Source: Octopus bimaculoides | Lineage: Eukaryota | Assembly: GCF_001194135.2 (NCBI RefSeq) | Contig: NC_068985.1 | Span: 28,295,260 to 28,345,601, forward strand | Direction of reading: 5' to 3' | DNA length: 50,342 nt | Shown: positions 36,720 to 50,342 of the stretch, piece after piece | How positions within the stretch are numbered: the stretch's first letter is position 1 | Layout: each line of letters begins with the position of its first letter | Notes under the pieces: generated by a model | What the model was told of the DNA's origin: nothing | Databases searched by the model: none | Seen by the model: the letters and a program-made list of their open reading frames with translations, nothing else | Made by a program: the position numbers and the translations under genes

Positions 36720-38100
36720 AAATGCTTTTCCAAAACCTTGTCAACGATACAAAATACATGTTCAAACCGAGGGAGGTAGCTACAATTCTTCATCTTAAGA
36801 AGCATTCTTAGAAAGGCTTAGCTACCTGTTAGTGAGTGGATGGAATGGCATCATGGATGCATGCTGGGAGTTCAATCTGTCTATAGATACTGACTGCAAT
36901 CCCTGAATCTACCATTATGGATTTGATATGACAGAATCTAGTCCTACAGTTCGCACCTAGAAAACTTATTAAGTCATTGCTTAGAGATTGCGGTGGCTAG
37001 GCACAGTTTCAGTTGCCCAGTCATAGAAACCACAAGTTCCTGTTCTACCAATTTAGAAAGGACGCATAGAGAGTCGTTAGTTATTGGATGTTAAACGTGT
37101 CGTTTCCAACTCGGAATAGCAAACAGTTAAGCTGGAGTTGACAAGGTGATCATCAATCATAAGTGGTGTATTCCTTTGAAGAGAACTATTGGATTAGAAC
37201 AGACAGGGTTTAGCAAAAGAAGTTGCAGTAGGGAAGGATAGATTAGAGGAGGGCTAGTTAGCAATTTTAAAAATGGCTATTAGAAAATATATCACAAGCA
37301 AGTTACTTGAGGGAAAATTAGAGCGCTCCAATCACTTTTTTCAGCACAGAACATGATGCTTATATTTACAGGGCTATAATGTGAGCTTTTAGAACGAGTG
37401 TCTGCTATTTGATTTCATTCATATGTATTCAAATTTCTAATGGAATTTTGCTCAATTGTTTGGCGGGTAGTTGTATACTAGAAAACTTTCTTTACAATGC
37501 CGACGACTTGCAGATGCTAACGGCAGCAATTTGGTAGTTGCAATAGGCCAGTAACGACGTTTGAGATACGATTAACGGTGAATGGTTGTGCGAGACGAAC
37601 GTCACTTCGTTGGGTTGGCTTGCCTTATGAATTTTATTCATTGCATGCCAATATATAAGGTACAGTATTATCACAGAGCTATAGTAATTGGAAGCAAATT
37701 GGGGGACAGACCAGCAGCCCTGGATCTGGCATAGGCGAAAGTTTGGAATCTGGCATCTGGAAAGTTATCGGAAGGTCGTGGTTCATAGCGTTGCATTTGC
37801 TGGTGCGTCAACCTTTGCATCTTATAGAATGGCTATGAAAGATGAGAGAGAAGGGATTATCTAGAAATGTCTACATGTAAACGAAGATCAACAAAGAAGT
37901 CTATTCTAGTTATATATCGAGTCCATCGTAAGGATTATCCCGACGGGCCCTCGCCTTTGGCCATGAAGAACAGTTCTTATTTGGTAGTGATGAACTAGAT
38001 AGAAGAGATTAAGACCAAAACTTCGACAATATTTTCATCAACTTCATTAGGTTCCCTTCAAAGCTGAAGAGAAAGGTGATAAGGGAGTTTTAAATGTTCT
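36720..38100 (+). mobile_element. Second Tx1/L1-clade LINE ORF2 remnant (APE endonuclease, linker and partial RT), highly degenerate
   Basis: Broken frames read EAFLERLSYLLVSGWNGIMDA (GDWN-like), NHKF…SYWMLNVS (DH and YWKLN-like), INHKWCIPLKR, FAQLFG, SCNRPVTTFEIRLTVNGCARRTSLRWVGLPYEFY (KSPGLDGLPYEFY-like), and KIN.E. Confidence 0.6.
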
Positions 38101-38416
38101 TCTGTAATTACTTTAAATGTTGGTACAATGGAGAACATATCCAGTATGTCCTCTATGCCCAAAACGACAGCTCGAAAGTGCTTTTATTATTAAGATAATC
38201 TGAGATCAGTGGTGTTCGTAGATGGGTTTTAGGTAGCAACCATCATTTTGTGATGTTTGCTTGTCCTATTCCGTTATGCTTTTGATTTGCTGCCCTAACT
38301 TTCATACTGTTTAGTACAACTCGAACCGCTTTCTTAATATGTCTCCCTAATATCTACTGAATCCATAACTTGTGTGACAATAGAACATCATTCGTATCAT
38401 TAAAATTCGTATTACT

Positions 38417-38653
38417 AAGGTAGCGAGCTAGCAGAAACGTTAGCACGCCGGACGAAATGCTTAGCGGTATTTCGTCTGCCATTACGTTCTGAGTTCAAAT
38501 TCCGCCACGGTCGACTTTACCTTTCATCCTTTCGGGGTCGATAAATTAAATACCAGTTGTGCACTGAGGGCAATGTAATCGACTTAATCCCTTTGTCTGT
38601 CCTTGTTTGTTCCCTCTATGTTTAGCCTCTTGTGGGCAATAAAGAAATAAGAA
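38417..38653 (+). mobile_element. SINE family C, full length, tail type 1
   Basis: aaggtagcgagctagcagaaacgttagcacgccggacgaaatgc…gttctgagttcaaattcc (B-box)…gggcaataaagaaataagaa. Confidence 0.9.
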
Positions 38654-38770
38654 AATTATTCATATCGTTTACATAACTTCACTTTTGCTAAAGAGAAGTA
38701 AAATCATGCAATTATAACACCAAGTAGTATCTATAATTGCCTAATTCTCATGTTTGTCGTCTGTGTAAGC

Positions 38771-39095
38771 GGAGGCGCAATGGCCCAGTGGTTAGGGCAG
38801 CGGACTCGCGGTCATAGGATCGCGNNNNNNNNNNTCCGCAGGGGATGGTGGCGAACCCTGCTGTACTCTTCTGCCACGACTTTCTCTCATTCTTACTTGC
38901 TGTTTCTGTTGTGCCTGTAATTCAAAGGGTCAGCCTTGTCACACTGTGTCACGCTGAATATCCCTCAAGAACTACGTTAAGGGTACACGTGTCAGTGGAG
39001 TGCTCAGCCACTTGCACGTTAATTTCACGAGCAGGCTGTTCTGTTGATCGGATCAACTGGAACCCTCGACGTCGTAAGCGATGGAGTGGTAACAC
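38771..39095 (+). mobile_element. SINE family A1 (internal 10-N gap)
   Basis: Homologous to the copy at 41760-42142. Confidence 0.85.
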
Positions 39096-39537
39096 ATATA
39101 CACACGTCTTTGTAACGGTAGCATGAGTAGCAATGTGGATGCAATAACTATGGTTGTTCACCCATTTTCTCTTCTCTGGCTTCATCTACATCCACAGTTT
39201 TACTTTGAACTACTCAACTATTTCATCTCAATGCTTGCAACCTCTGCATTTTTTTTTTTTAGACGTTACTCGTATCCGTTTACTTTTCTTGTTATTGCTT
39301 TTATATTATTTTTACACTTCTTACTGCTTTTATCACCTTTGCTATAACTATTGCTGTTTTAGTGTCTTCTGACAAGTAACAAAATCAACAATAACATTTC
39401 GAAACTGGTTACACTACGTGTTATGCAACAAGATTTTAGTTAGAAGATATTTTGAAACTTTGAAGTGTTTTTTGGGGTTTTTTTGAGCTTATTTGCATCT
39501 ATATTGTATTTTAGTATTTTCATAGTCTAACCATTTA

Positions 39538-39572
<35 letters not shown>

Positions 39573-40579
39573 CGATAAGAAAAATAGGATTAATTCTTTG
39601 AATGCCGCAAGAAACATGGTGGAATTATAAGCTATTTTTATGAGTTGTTTTCCAAGAGTCTCTGTAGCAGTTCTGTAAATTCAATTGATGGCGTTATGCT
39701 ATTTATTTCTTCTGTTTTGTTTTTTGTTTTTTGTTTGTTTTTTATCTTATCTTCGAGAAATAATTTTCCGGATAAAGTGTCAAATATTGGAAGCGTAGAA
39801 TTGCTTATAGATTTCCCAATAATCCTATTTGTTATCGTTTACGGATTTCTTCTTCTTACATAGAATCATTGAAGAATTCATTCATTTATTTATTTTGCAA
39901 GGAAAAGTAATATAAAAAGCAAAAATTAGGACATAAAAATATCCAGAAAAAATTGTGATAAACGCAAGATCGATTTGAATTTTATATTAACGTGAATTAT
40001 TTTTAAGTCGCAGGAAGAAAGATCTCTTTTATCGTATTAAAAGTAATTCATATTATTGTTGTTGATGTTGACGCTATTGTCATCGTTCTTAGTCGTTGTT
40101 TAACCTTTGATTATCTCTAATCAGACTTACGTATAATCAGAGCTATTTCAGTCGTGGCTTACCCGGTTATCTAGGTCTACATTATACACTGAGTTCTGTG
40201 ATGTAATTTTAGGGGGATTTGGCAGTTATTTCTAGCAAGTTAAATGACCGCTAATGAATTTATTCTCAGCTTAAAGTAGTCAATGTAATCAGGTTATATT
40301 TTTCTCTGCATAAAAAGTAAAATAGAATAAAATAAAAGTTTAAGTGCATCAGGTGTGTGCTTTGACATAAAAAAAATTCATTGTCTCTAATTCTCATGAT
40401 AAATATATCTTTGAAATATAATTTTTCTTCATCTATTTAAAATAGTTTTTTATTTATAATTATCTCTAACGAAGACTCTTAGATGGGGGGGGGAGCTGAC
40501 TTTACACTTCGATTTAATAAAATACTAGCATCATTATAATGTTTCAAACTAAATTGGTAAATACACTGAATGCTATTCA

Positions 40580-40725
40580 GGTCAATAACCGAAATACAAT
40601 TTGTTTTATCGGCCCGACAAAGGATGAAAGGCTAAGTTGATTTGATGAGATTTGAACTGAGAAGGCAAAGAGCTAAGGCATTTTTCTCCGAAATCTTTAA
40701 CAGTTTTTGCCAATTCACCGCCCTA
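40580..40725 (-). mobile_element. Old SINE family C remnant
   Basis: aggatgaaaggc…atttgaactgagaa…gccaattcaccgcc. Confidence 0.55.
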
Positions 40726-41759
40726 AAGTATGTGAAACGGAAGAATTCACTCGCAGTTTATAATGAATGCTATTCTTTTGTTTGAGTGCTCCAAAATAAT
40801 TATGGGAATTTAAAAAGGCTCACTTTGGTAATTTCTTCATAAAAATTCCTCCTCAAAGAAATTCTTCTTTAATCCTTTCATTACCATCTCTCTTTTATTC
40901 GAAAACCCTTATTTTTTTATGGATTAATTTTCTCAGCAGCAACTTTTTTAATTATAGTAAGTGACGCATCATTATCCCACATTGATATTGCTTATTCATA
41001 AACTCTCTCGAAAAAAATCAATCTCATAATTTTGGTTTTCTAAATTGACTCGTCAGTCCGATGTTCCCTCATATCTTTGCTGATGGGTTGTATTGTAATA
41101 AATTGATTGAAAAATTATTTTCGTTCTGTGAATTATATTATCGGATATAACTTCATTATGTCTTATTCTTTACTCATCATAATTTTGGACGATCTAAATG
41201 TAAGTAAATAGTTATCGTTGTTTAATACTCAATGTAACTGAGTGATGTCTGGTATTTATTTACTTGTCTATACGTTTTGAATACAGTTGCTACAGAGATC
41301 GACTTCGCCATCCGTTACGTAGAGAATCGATGAAATAACTATTATCTTTATATTTTAATTGATACGATGGGCTGTTATTTTCGCCTTATACTTTTAGAAT
41401 TCGACTAATATCCAATCATATCTGGTCATTTACTATCTTTACTTCATTAGCAAACTCTCCAGTGATTATCGGTTGCTCAAGTGTCGATTATAATTCGTGT
41501 TTTGATGAAGACACCTTACTCGATCTGCCTTTTTTTTTTCTTTTCAGCCATCATCACTTGTGACCTCAATGCAAACATTTATTGTCAGCTACCTCCCAAA
41601 TGTCAATCGTCTTCTACACTTTCGTATCCTCAACAACTCATAACCTTGGCTGACACGCCTATTTCTCAAACATCTTTGCTATTTTTGTCCCCACTAGAAT
41701 CATCCTGTATCCAGCTATAAACGCATTCGCTCTGTTTGATATGTTATCACGATTTTATC

Positions 41760-42142
41760 GTGGAGGCGCAATGGCCCAGTGGTTAGGGCAGCGGACTCGC
41801 GGTCATAGGATCGCGGTTTCGATTCCCAGACCGGGCGTTGTGAGTGTTTATTGAGCGAAAACACTTAAAAGCTCCACGAGGCTCCGGCAGGGGATGGTGG
41901 CGAACCCTGCTGTACTCTTTCACCACAACTTTCTCTCACTCTTACTTCCTGTTTCTGTTGTACCTGTAATTCAAAGGGTCAGCCTTGTCACACTGTGTCA
42001 TGCTGAATATCCCCGAGAACTACGTTAAGGGTACACGTGTCTGTGGAGTGCTCAGCCACTTGCACGTTAATTTCACGAGCAGGCTGTTTTGTTGATCGGA
42101 TCAACTGGAACCCTCGACGTCGTAAGCGACGGAGTGTCAACA
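41760..42142 (+). mobile_element. SINE family A1, full length, with 11-bp TSD
   Basis: tRNA-like head with A and B boxes. acgattttatc (41749-41759) versus acggttttatc (42143-42153). Confidence 0.92.
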
Positions 42143-42742
42143 ACGGTTTTATCAAGGTAATCGACTTCATAACGTTTTACAGCACAGCAGATCGTATTCT
42201 TTATGTCAGCTACTTCGAATTACCCTAGTCAAGGAAAATGTTTATCAACTGACACATTAAGTATTAGAAAGTCCATGTCACTGATGAAGAGATGAGACAG
42301 CATCTTCTGCCACGTTCTTTCCAAATTTCGAGTCGATTTCTTCCCTGTTGTGCCTAGTATCATTTAGTTTCCTCAACTCTACATATTCCTGGTCGATACA
42401 CCTACTCACCAAAACACTTTTGATATATTTATCTCTATTAATGTCTTCCCCAACCAGCCATCATCTTATATAATCTGCTAGACTGTTTCATCATTGTTTT
42501 ATCCAGACAGCGAACCTTATAACTTTCATCGTACAAAAATTTGTATATGCCTTATGCCAAATAATGTCAGCGATGCCAAAGTCATTAGTCTGTGAATAAT
42601 CACCTTACAAACAGTATACATGTTTTTCCGTCGCTGTGGATGAAGCCAAGGTCATCCCCAATCAAAATAGGTCTATGGTCAAAGATGTTCTAGATAAGCT
42701 CATCACATCGTTTATTCAGGCAATGTATCTATATCTATAAGT

Positions 42743-43110
42743 GAAGGTGCGTGGCTTAGCGGTTATGGTATTTGGCTCGCAATCGTAAAGTCTTGAGTTC
42801 GATTCCCGGCGGCGCGTGGTGTCCTTGAGCAAGACACTTCATTTCACTTTGTCTCAGCCCACTAAGCTGGCAAAAATGAGTAGTACTTGTATTCCAAAGG
42901 GCCAGCCTTGTCACATTCTGTGTCACACTGAATTACCCTGGGAACCACGCTAAGGATACGCGTGTCTGGAGTGTTCAGTCACTTGCACGTTAANNNNNNN
43001 NNNGGAACCACGCTAAGGATACGCGTGTCTGGAGTGTTCAGTCACTTGCACGTTAATTTCACGAGCAGGCTGTTCCGTTGATCGGATCAACTGGAACCCT
43101 TGTCATCTAA
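42743..43110 (+). mobile_element. SINE family A2 (duplicated ~50 bp across a 10-N gap)
   Basis: Homologous to the other A2 copies. Confidence 0.85.
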
Positions 43111-44444
43111 ACTAACTGTACGCTAATTTTCTTTATATATATCTACATTATTCAACGTATCATTTTTTAAGAGCAAGGTGTGATTCGAGGGAAATGTAGC
43201 TGTTCTTTCTAGCAAGTAGGCAATCGATTTTCTCCCCTCTTAGCTCCTGTTTGTATTGTTTATATTTGAGTACAATTAGACTTGTCTACAATAATAGATA
43301 TACATCTGCATTGACTCTTTGCTATCCGTAATCAATAAAAGAGAGCTACAGAAGTTACTAAAGCAGTTATCAATTATGCATTCATCCACCCCCTGGCTCA
43401 CAATCGATTGCAATGATATATGAACCCTGAACCGTAAGACACCAAATAATATACTTCAAAAAACTGAATTCGTCTCGCTACTTCATCGCTTTCTATTTTT
43501 CTTTGCTCCTTTACTTTGATCTCTGTCTCATTCTGTTCCTGTATAACTATTTACACGCAAGTATAAATGTGTGTGTATGCGTGTATGTATTAATGTATGC
43601 ATGTATGCATGCGTGTGTGTGAGTATTATATGGGTATATTCATATATATATACGCATACATATGTATGTATTTTTACGAAGTTACTCAAATTCAAATCTA
43701 ACAATAAATAACTCATAATATATCAGGTAAAACCGCTTGAAACAGAATATAGATAGACAGAGTCACCCACAGGAACAGGACTATGGGTCTGCCGTAACCA
43801 GATGTTTCTGATGTCCCTAAATCAGAGAGAAAGTTCGATTTTCAGCCGTCAAATTAAACGCTTTAATCTCACAAGCAAGAAAATTGTTTTAACTCATATT
43901 TTTAAAGCAGTGAGTAATTTGAAAAATAAGTCAGTGTCAGGCTTATATACTCCTCTCCATACACTTTCTGAAACTGGACGTTGGTCTCTACGCAGGTATC
44001 ATCAAACTTTTGGTGGAATCTCTGAGGTGTTTTGAGATGACCACACTCTACACACTTGACTTCCATGTAATGCAATAAACAACGGAAGTAAGCAAGAAAG
44101 ATATAATTTATTGCTCATGCATAACAAAATTCAAGGTCAGTTTGTGCCAAGCTGTTTCAGTCTAGATACTTTCGCTCTATTACCACAACAATAGTCCCGA
44201 AATGTTTTGATCAGATCTCGTATGTCCCAAAATTTACTCATCATCTGCTGGCCTGGAAACCAATTTGGCTCAAATACACAATATTTGTCCCCACAATTCA
44301 AAACAATATTTGTTCAATATTTGTCCCCACAATTAAAAACAAAACAGGTCCAGGTTGTTGTCTGGGATATATATGAAGAATGCTATTGTAATAAGGAAGC
44401 GGTTACGTTCGAAATCAAGTTACATACATACCGTATACATACAT

Positions 44445-45645
<1,201 letters not shown>

Positions 45646-46224
45646 TCAACAACAAGCATTCTAATTATTCTCCCTTACAACACATTCCTTTCTCCCTACA
45701 ACAATAAATAAAAAAAAAAACATAAGGAAATCGAAATAAACAATACTAACACCTATAAAAACAACAAAATTACACTCGCAAGCTCCATTAAGCGAATCCC
45801 TCATCTCATTGATTTCATAAGCCAAAATTGAAAGGGAAGTAAAAGCTAAAAACAGGTAAAAATAAAATGAAATAGAGAAAAGCAAGTTGGTGCCTCGTTA
45901 CGGATGAAATGTTGAAGAGTTGTAATGGTTATTCTGATATTCTTTAATCATATAATGTAAAACTTGTGTGAAACAGTTGTTATTTTTCGTTCAGCTTTAA
46001 TTATATTGAAGTTGTGAGGTGAAAAATGAATAAATAAATAAATAAATAAAAGAAGGGGAGATAATGAAGTAAAGGTATGTTTATGTTCACGTATTTATCG
46101 GAGGTGCTGGCAAGATGGACGGATAGGTGGATGGGTTGATGGATGGGCGGATGATGATGAGGGGAGGAAAGAGAATAAATAGGAAGAAATGAGTGATGGA
46201 GTTAAAGCGGTGTGAAAGAAAAAC

Positions 46225-46225
46225 A

Positions 46226-46278
<53 letters not shown>

Positions 46279-46356
46279 TTTTTATTATTATTGTTGTTGT
46301 TGTTGTTGTTACTGTTTTTATTATCATTATTATTATCATTATTATTATTATTGATG

Positions 46357-46408
<52 letters not shown>

Positions 46409-46532
46409 CATCATTATCATTATTGTTATTATTATTATTATTATTATTATTGTTGTTGTTATTATTATGATCATTATAACGTTTGGAAATCAATATGAAA
46501 TTTTAGAAATCATTAATTGTTATTATGAATAT

Positions 46533-46566
<34 letters not shown>

Positions 46567-46583
46567 CCATCATCATCATCACC

Positions 46584-46614
<31 letters not shown>

Positions 46615-47143
46615 CCATCGTCATCATTATTATTATTGTCAATATTATTATAATCATTACTGTTAATAATATTAATGATGATGATGATGATGATGATGAC
46701 GATGATGATGATGATGATGACGACGACGACGATCGTAATAATAGCGGTCGTGATAAAACATGGTTTCTAGCTTTCCGTAATGATTTAGAAAGAACTAATA
46801 ATAACATTAAACAACAAACAAACAGACAAACACACCCAAAGTGGGAAGCATGTATATGCTTTTGTGTCCGTACACACATTGCATTTAGAAAAATGTATTT
46901 AAAAAAAAAAATACAGACATAAACAATAAGAACAAATATAATGAAAAATCACTTCATGGAGAGAGAGACAAAGAGGGAAGTAGAGAGAGAGAGGGGGGAG
47001 CTCTGAAAGTGGGGGAGGAAAGGTAAAAGGAAGAAAAGAGGGAGATTTATAAATTATGCGCTAAAAAAATGGGAAGAATTGAACTGAAAAACAGATAAAT
47101 CATATAACATGCAACTGTATGCGTAAGCTATGATTTACTTATT

Positions 47144-47202
<59 letters not shown>

Positions 47203-47232
47203 TTACTGCTACTGTTGCTGCTGCTGCTGCTA
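46225..47232. repeat. (ATT/GTT/ATC/GAT)n tracts (46225-46730) and (ACT)n(GCT)n (47144-47232)
   Basis: Direct reading. Confidence 0.95.
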
Positions 47233-47494
47233 CTGGTGATGGTCAGGGTGATGGTGAGAGATGCTGTTTCGGCGAAGTAACGCTAACTGAAAGGGAAGTT
47301 AAGTATATAATACGAATGAAATTGCATTCATATGGGAACTGATATGGCTATTTGCTCACACACCCACGCACACATATACACATATATACACACACTCATA
47401 TACACACAAATACACGGAGAGGTATACGTACACGCAAACCCACAATTATGGACATCTCCAATTCATTATTATACGCCCATACTGATTTATATAT

Positions 47495-47528
<34 letters not shown>

Positions 47529-48383
47529 NNNNNNNNNNNNNNNNNNNNNNNNNNNNNNNNNNNNNNNNNNNNNNNNNNNNNNNNNNNNNNNNNNNNNNNN
47601 NNNNNNNNNNNNNNNNNNNNNNNNNNNNNNNNNNNNNNNNNNNNNNNNNNNNNNNNNNNNNNNNNNNNNNNNNNNNNNNNNNNNNNNNNNNNNNNNNNNN
47701 NNNNNNNNNNNNNNNNNNNNNNNNNNNNNNNNNNNNNNNNNNNNNNNNNNNNNNNNNNNNNNNNNNNNNNNNNNNNNNNNNNNNNNNNNNNNNNNNNNNN
47801 NNNNNNNNNNNNNNNNNNNNNNNNNNNNNNNNNNNNNNNNNNNNNNNNNNNNNNNNNNNNNNNNNNNNNNNNNNNNNNNNNNNNNNNNNNNNNNNNNNNN
47901 NNNNNNNNNNNNNNNNNNNNNNNNNNNNNNNNNNNNNNNNNNNNNNNNNNNNNNNNNNNNNNNNNNNNNNNNNNNNNNNNNNNNNNNNNNNNNNNNNNNN
48001 NNNNNNNNNNNNNNNNNNNNNNNNNNNNNNNNNNNNNNNNNNNNNNNNNNNNNNNNNNNNNNNNNNNNNNNNNNNNNNNNNNNNNNNNNNNNNNNNNNNN
48101 NNNNNNNNNNNNNNNNNNNNNNNNNNNNNNNNNNNNNNNNNNNNNNNNNNNNNNNNNNNNNNNNNNNNNNNNNNNNNNNNNNNNNNNNNNNNNNNNNNNN
48201 NNNNNNNNNNNNNNNNNNNNNNNNNNNNNNNNNNNNNNNNNNNNNNNNNNNNNNNNNNNNNNNNNNNNNNNNNNNNNNNNNNNNNNNNNNNNNNNNNNNN
48301 NNNNNNNNNNNNNNNNNNNNNNNNNNNNNNNNNNNNNNNNNNNNNNNNNNNNNNNNNNNNNNNNNNNNNNNNNNNNNNNNNNN

Positions 48384-48691
48384 AAACCTTGTGAGTGGAT
48401 TTGGTAGACGGAAACTGAAAGAAGCCCGTCGTATATATGTACATATATATGTGTGTGTGTGTGTGTGTTTGTGTGTGTCTGTGTTTGTCCCCCCAACATC
48501 GCTTGACATACAGTGCTGGTGTGTTTACGTCCCCGTAACTTAGTGGTGCGGCAAAAAGGGCCCGATAAAATAAGTATTAGGCTTACAAAGAATAAGTCCT
48601 GGGGTCGATTTGCTCGACTAAAAAAAAAAAAAGATGATGCTCCAGCATGGCCGCAGTCAAATGACTGAAACAAGTAAAAGAATAAAAGAAT
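48384..48691 (+). mobile_element. SINE family B, 3' two-thirds, young-looking
   Basis: aaaccttgtgagtggatttggtagacggaaactgaaagaagcccgtcgtatat…tgctccagcatggccgcagtcaaatgactgaaacaagtaaaagaataaaagaat. Confidence 0.9.
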
Positions 48692-48959
48692 GTAAGTACG
48701 TATCTTTTATCATCTATGTTTTACTTGTTTTATGACTGTATTACTTGTTCTACGCTGGGGCACCGCTCTGAAGAGTTTTTTGTCGATGGAATCGACGTCA
48801 GTTTTCCTTTTTATGCTTGGTATTCATTTTATCGCTTTCCTTTGACGAATCACTATTTATGATTTTCCCTTTTACCATTTATGTAATCAGCGTGCGATGT
48901 CTACAGTAGTCTTACAAACTGGCAAGGCGAGCGAGCGAGCGAGCGTGCTTAATCAGAGG

Positions 48960-49025
48960 CCGGGTAAGAGGCACTGAGGAGCATTAATCAAATGCGAAAT
49001 CACCGGTGATCTGGCTATGTCCCGG
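48960..49025 (+). ncRNA. Type I hammerhead ribozyme motif
   Basis: ccggg-taag-aggca (stem I 5') / CTGAGGA (48974-80) / gcatt-aatca-aatgc (stem II) / GAAA (48996-99) / tcac-cg-gtga (stem III) / T-C (AUC triplet, cleavage after 49011) / tggct-atgt-cccgg (stem I 3'). All catalytic core nucleotides are intact, with one G·G mismatch in stem I. Confidence 0.8.
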
Positions 49026-49555
49026 ATGTAGGGAGCATGCCTCCCTTGTCAGTCACAATGAAAAGAGGTGCTCTCTGTAGTTATGAGCTGTTTTGACTCT
49101 CATTTCTAGCAATAGTGGTGCTGACTTTTGTGACGTCTATATTTCTGCGTTTCGGTTGTAAATTGTGAATAAACCACCTTTACTATTTGTATTATATATA
49201 TATATATATATATATATNNNNNNNNNNNNNNNNNNNNNNNNNNNNNNNNNNNNNNNNNNNNNNNNNNNNNNNNNNNNNNNNNNNNNNNNNNNNNNNNNNN
49301 NNNNNNNNNNNNNNNNNNNNNNNNNNNNNNNNNNNNNNNNNNNNNNNNNNNNNNNNNNNNNNNNNNNNNNNNNNNNNNNNNNNNNNNNNNNNNNNNNNNN
49401 NNNNNNNNNNNNNNNNNNNNNNNNNNNNNNNNNNNNNNNNNNNNNNNNNNNNNNNNNNNNNNNNNNNNNNNNNNNNNNNNNNNNNNNNNNNNNNNNNNNN
49501 NNNNNNNNNNNNNNNNNNNNNNNNNNNNNNNNNNNNNNNNNNNNNNNNNNNNNNN

Positions 49556-50342
49556 ATCTAGGACTCTCGACAGAAAGGGATCCAGCTTTGATTTGAAAAC
49601 ATCTACATCCACTTTGCGTAGGTCCCTCAGGCTCTTTGGGGAATATTAAAAAGCTGTGGTGCCGCTGAAACCCAGGCTGTTGCAGTAACTGGTCTTGAAG
49701 CGCGATGATATTGCTGGGATCTTTGGCACTATGCAGTGCCGTCCCGTTCTGGCATTTGTGTAGCTTTCAATGACAAAATTTGGCACAATTCCTTGTTCTT
49801 AGGATCCATGAGTTCATCCTACTTGCTATATCAACCTTATTGTTGATGTGTGCACCCCAGCTGAGTCTGTTATCAACAATTACTCCTATGTCTCTGATAT
49901 TATTAGATGCTATAAGCAGTTCTCCTGAAGAAAGAGAGTACAGCTGTTTTAGGATAGTCTTTCCTCTAGAATGTATCAGCTCAAATTTTCCCTCGTTTAG
50001 TTGACTCACAGCATATGAATCCGATTGAAGTTCAGTTCGGTCTTCCTCCCTGATACTTTCCTGGAGTCATCAGTGAATATTTTCACTTTGCTGTGTTTTA
50101 TGACGCTGGAGATGTCGTTTATATAAACTATAAAGAGGAGCGGGCTCAAGACAGTTCCCCGAGGGACACCACTGGTGACTTTTGCAGGGCTTCAGTGGAC
50201 TCCACCGATCACAATATGTTGTGCTTTGTTTTCCAGGAAATACTCAATCCAATGTAGAAGCTTTCCACGGATTCCAACATTTGACAATTTTGACAATAGA
50301 ATATTATGGTCAACTCTGCCGAACGCTTTACTGAAGTCAAGA
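49556..50342 (-). mobile_element. CR1-like LINE RT fragment with internal deletion, running off the window end
   Basis: LDFSKAFGRVDHNILLSKL…TSGVPRGTVLSPLLFIVYINDI…KIFTDDS…RDIGVIVDNRLSWGAHI…SWILRT joined to IVPNFVIESYTNARTGRHCIVPKIP…DVFKSKLD. Confidence 0.85.

Noticed and set aside
39645-39850. About 65-codon open stretch on the minus strand (…STLPIFDTLSGKLFLEDK…ELLQRLLENNS*)
   Set aside because: No start codon, no convincing splice acceptor and no recognisable homology.
41762-41835. tRNA gene candidates at SINE heads (also 124, 7137, 15893, 21718, 38417)
   Set aside because: A and B boxes are present, but I see no proper acceptor stem, and each continues into a repeated SINE body.

Overview
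This is AT-rich, repeat-saturated animal DNA (intergenic or intronic) with about 5.7 kb of N gaps. The SINE families and microsatellite load suggest an octopus, but that is pattern recognition, not a database result. No host protein-coding gene can be supported. Nearly all long ORFs in the track come from microsatellites or N runs. The window holds dozens of tRNA-derived SINE copies in 4-5 modular families. It also holds degraded non-LTR retrotransposon fragments from several clades: one CRE-like, three R4/Dong-like, one HERO-like, two Tx1/L1-like, two CR1-like and two Penelope-like. DNA transposon derivatives include piggyBac-type TTAA elements, a Tc1/mariner-type TA MITE nested in one of them, and a foldback element. 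The top finding is an apparently near-intact type I hammerhead ribozyme at 48960-49025 (+), with a palindromic stem III, inside an unannotated ~300 bp unit that may be a retrozyme or a Penelope pseudo-LTR. Also notable are a stack of R4/Dong-like 3' ends in one (TAA)n tract (23441-24517) and a SINE family repeatedly fused into its own head at the same nucleotide.
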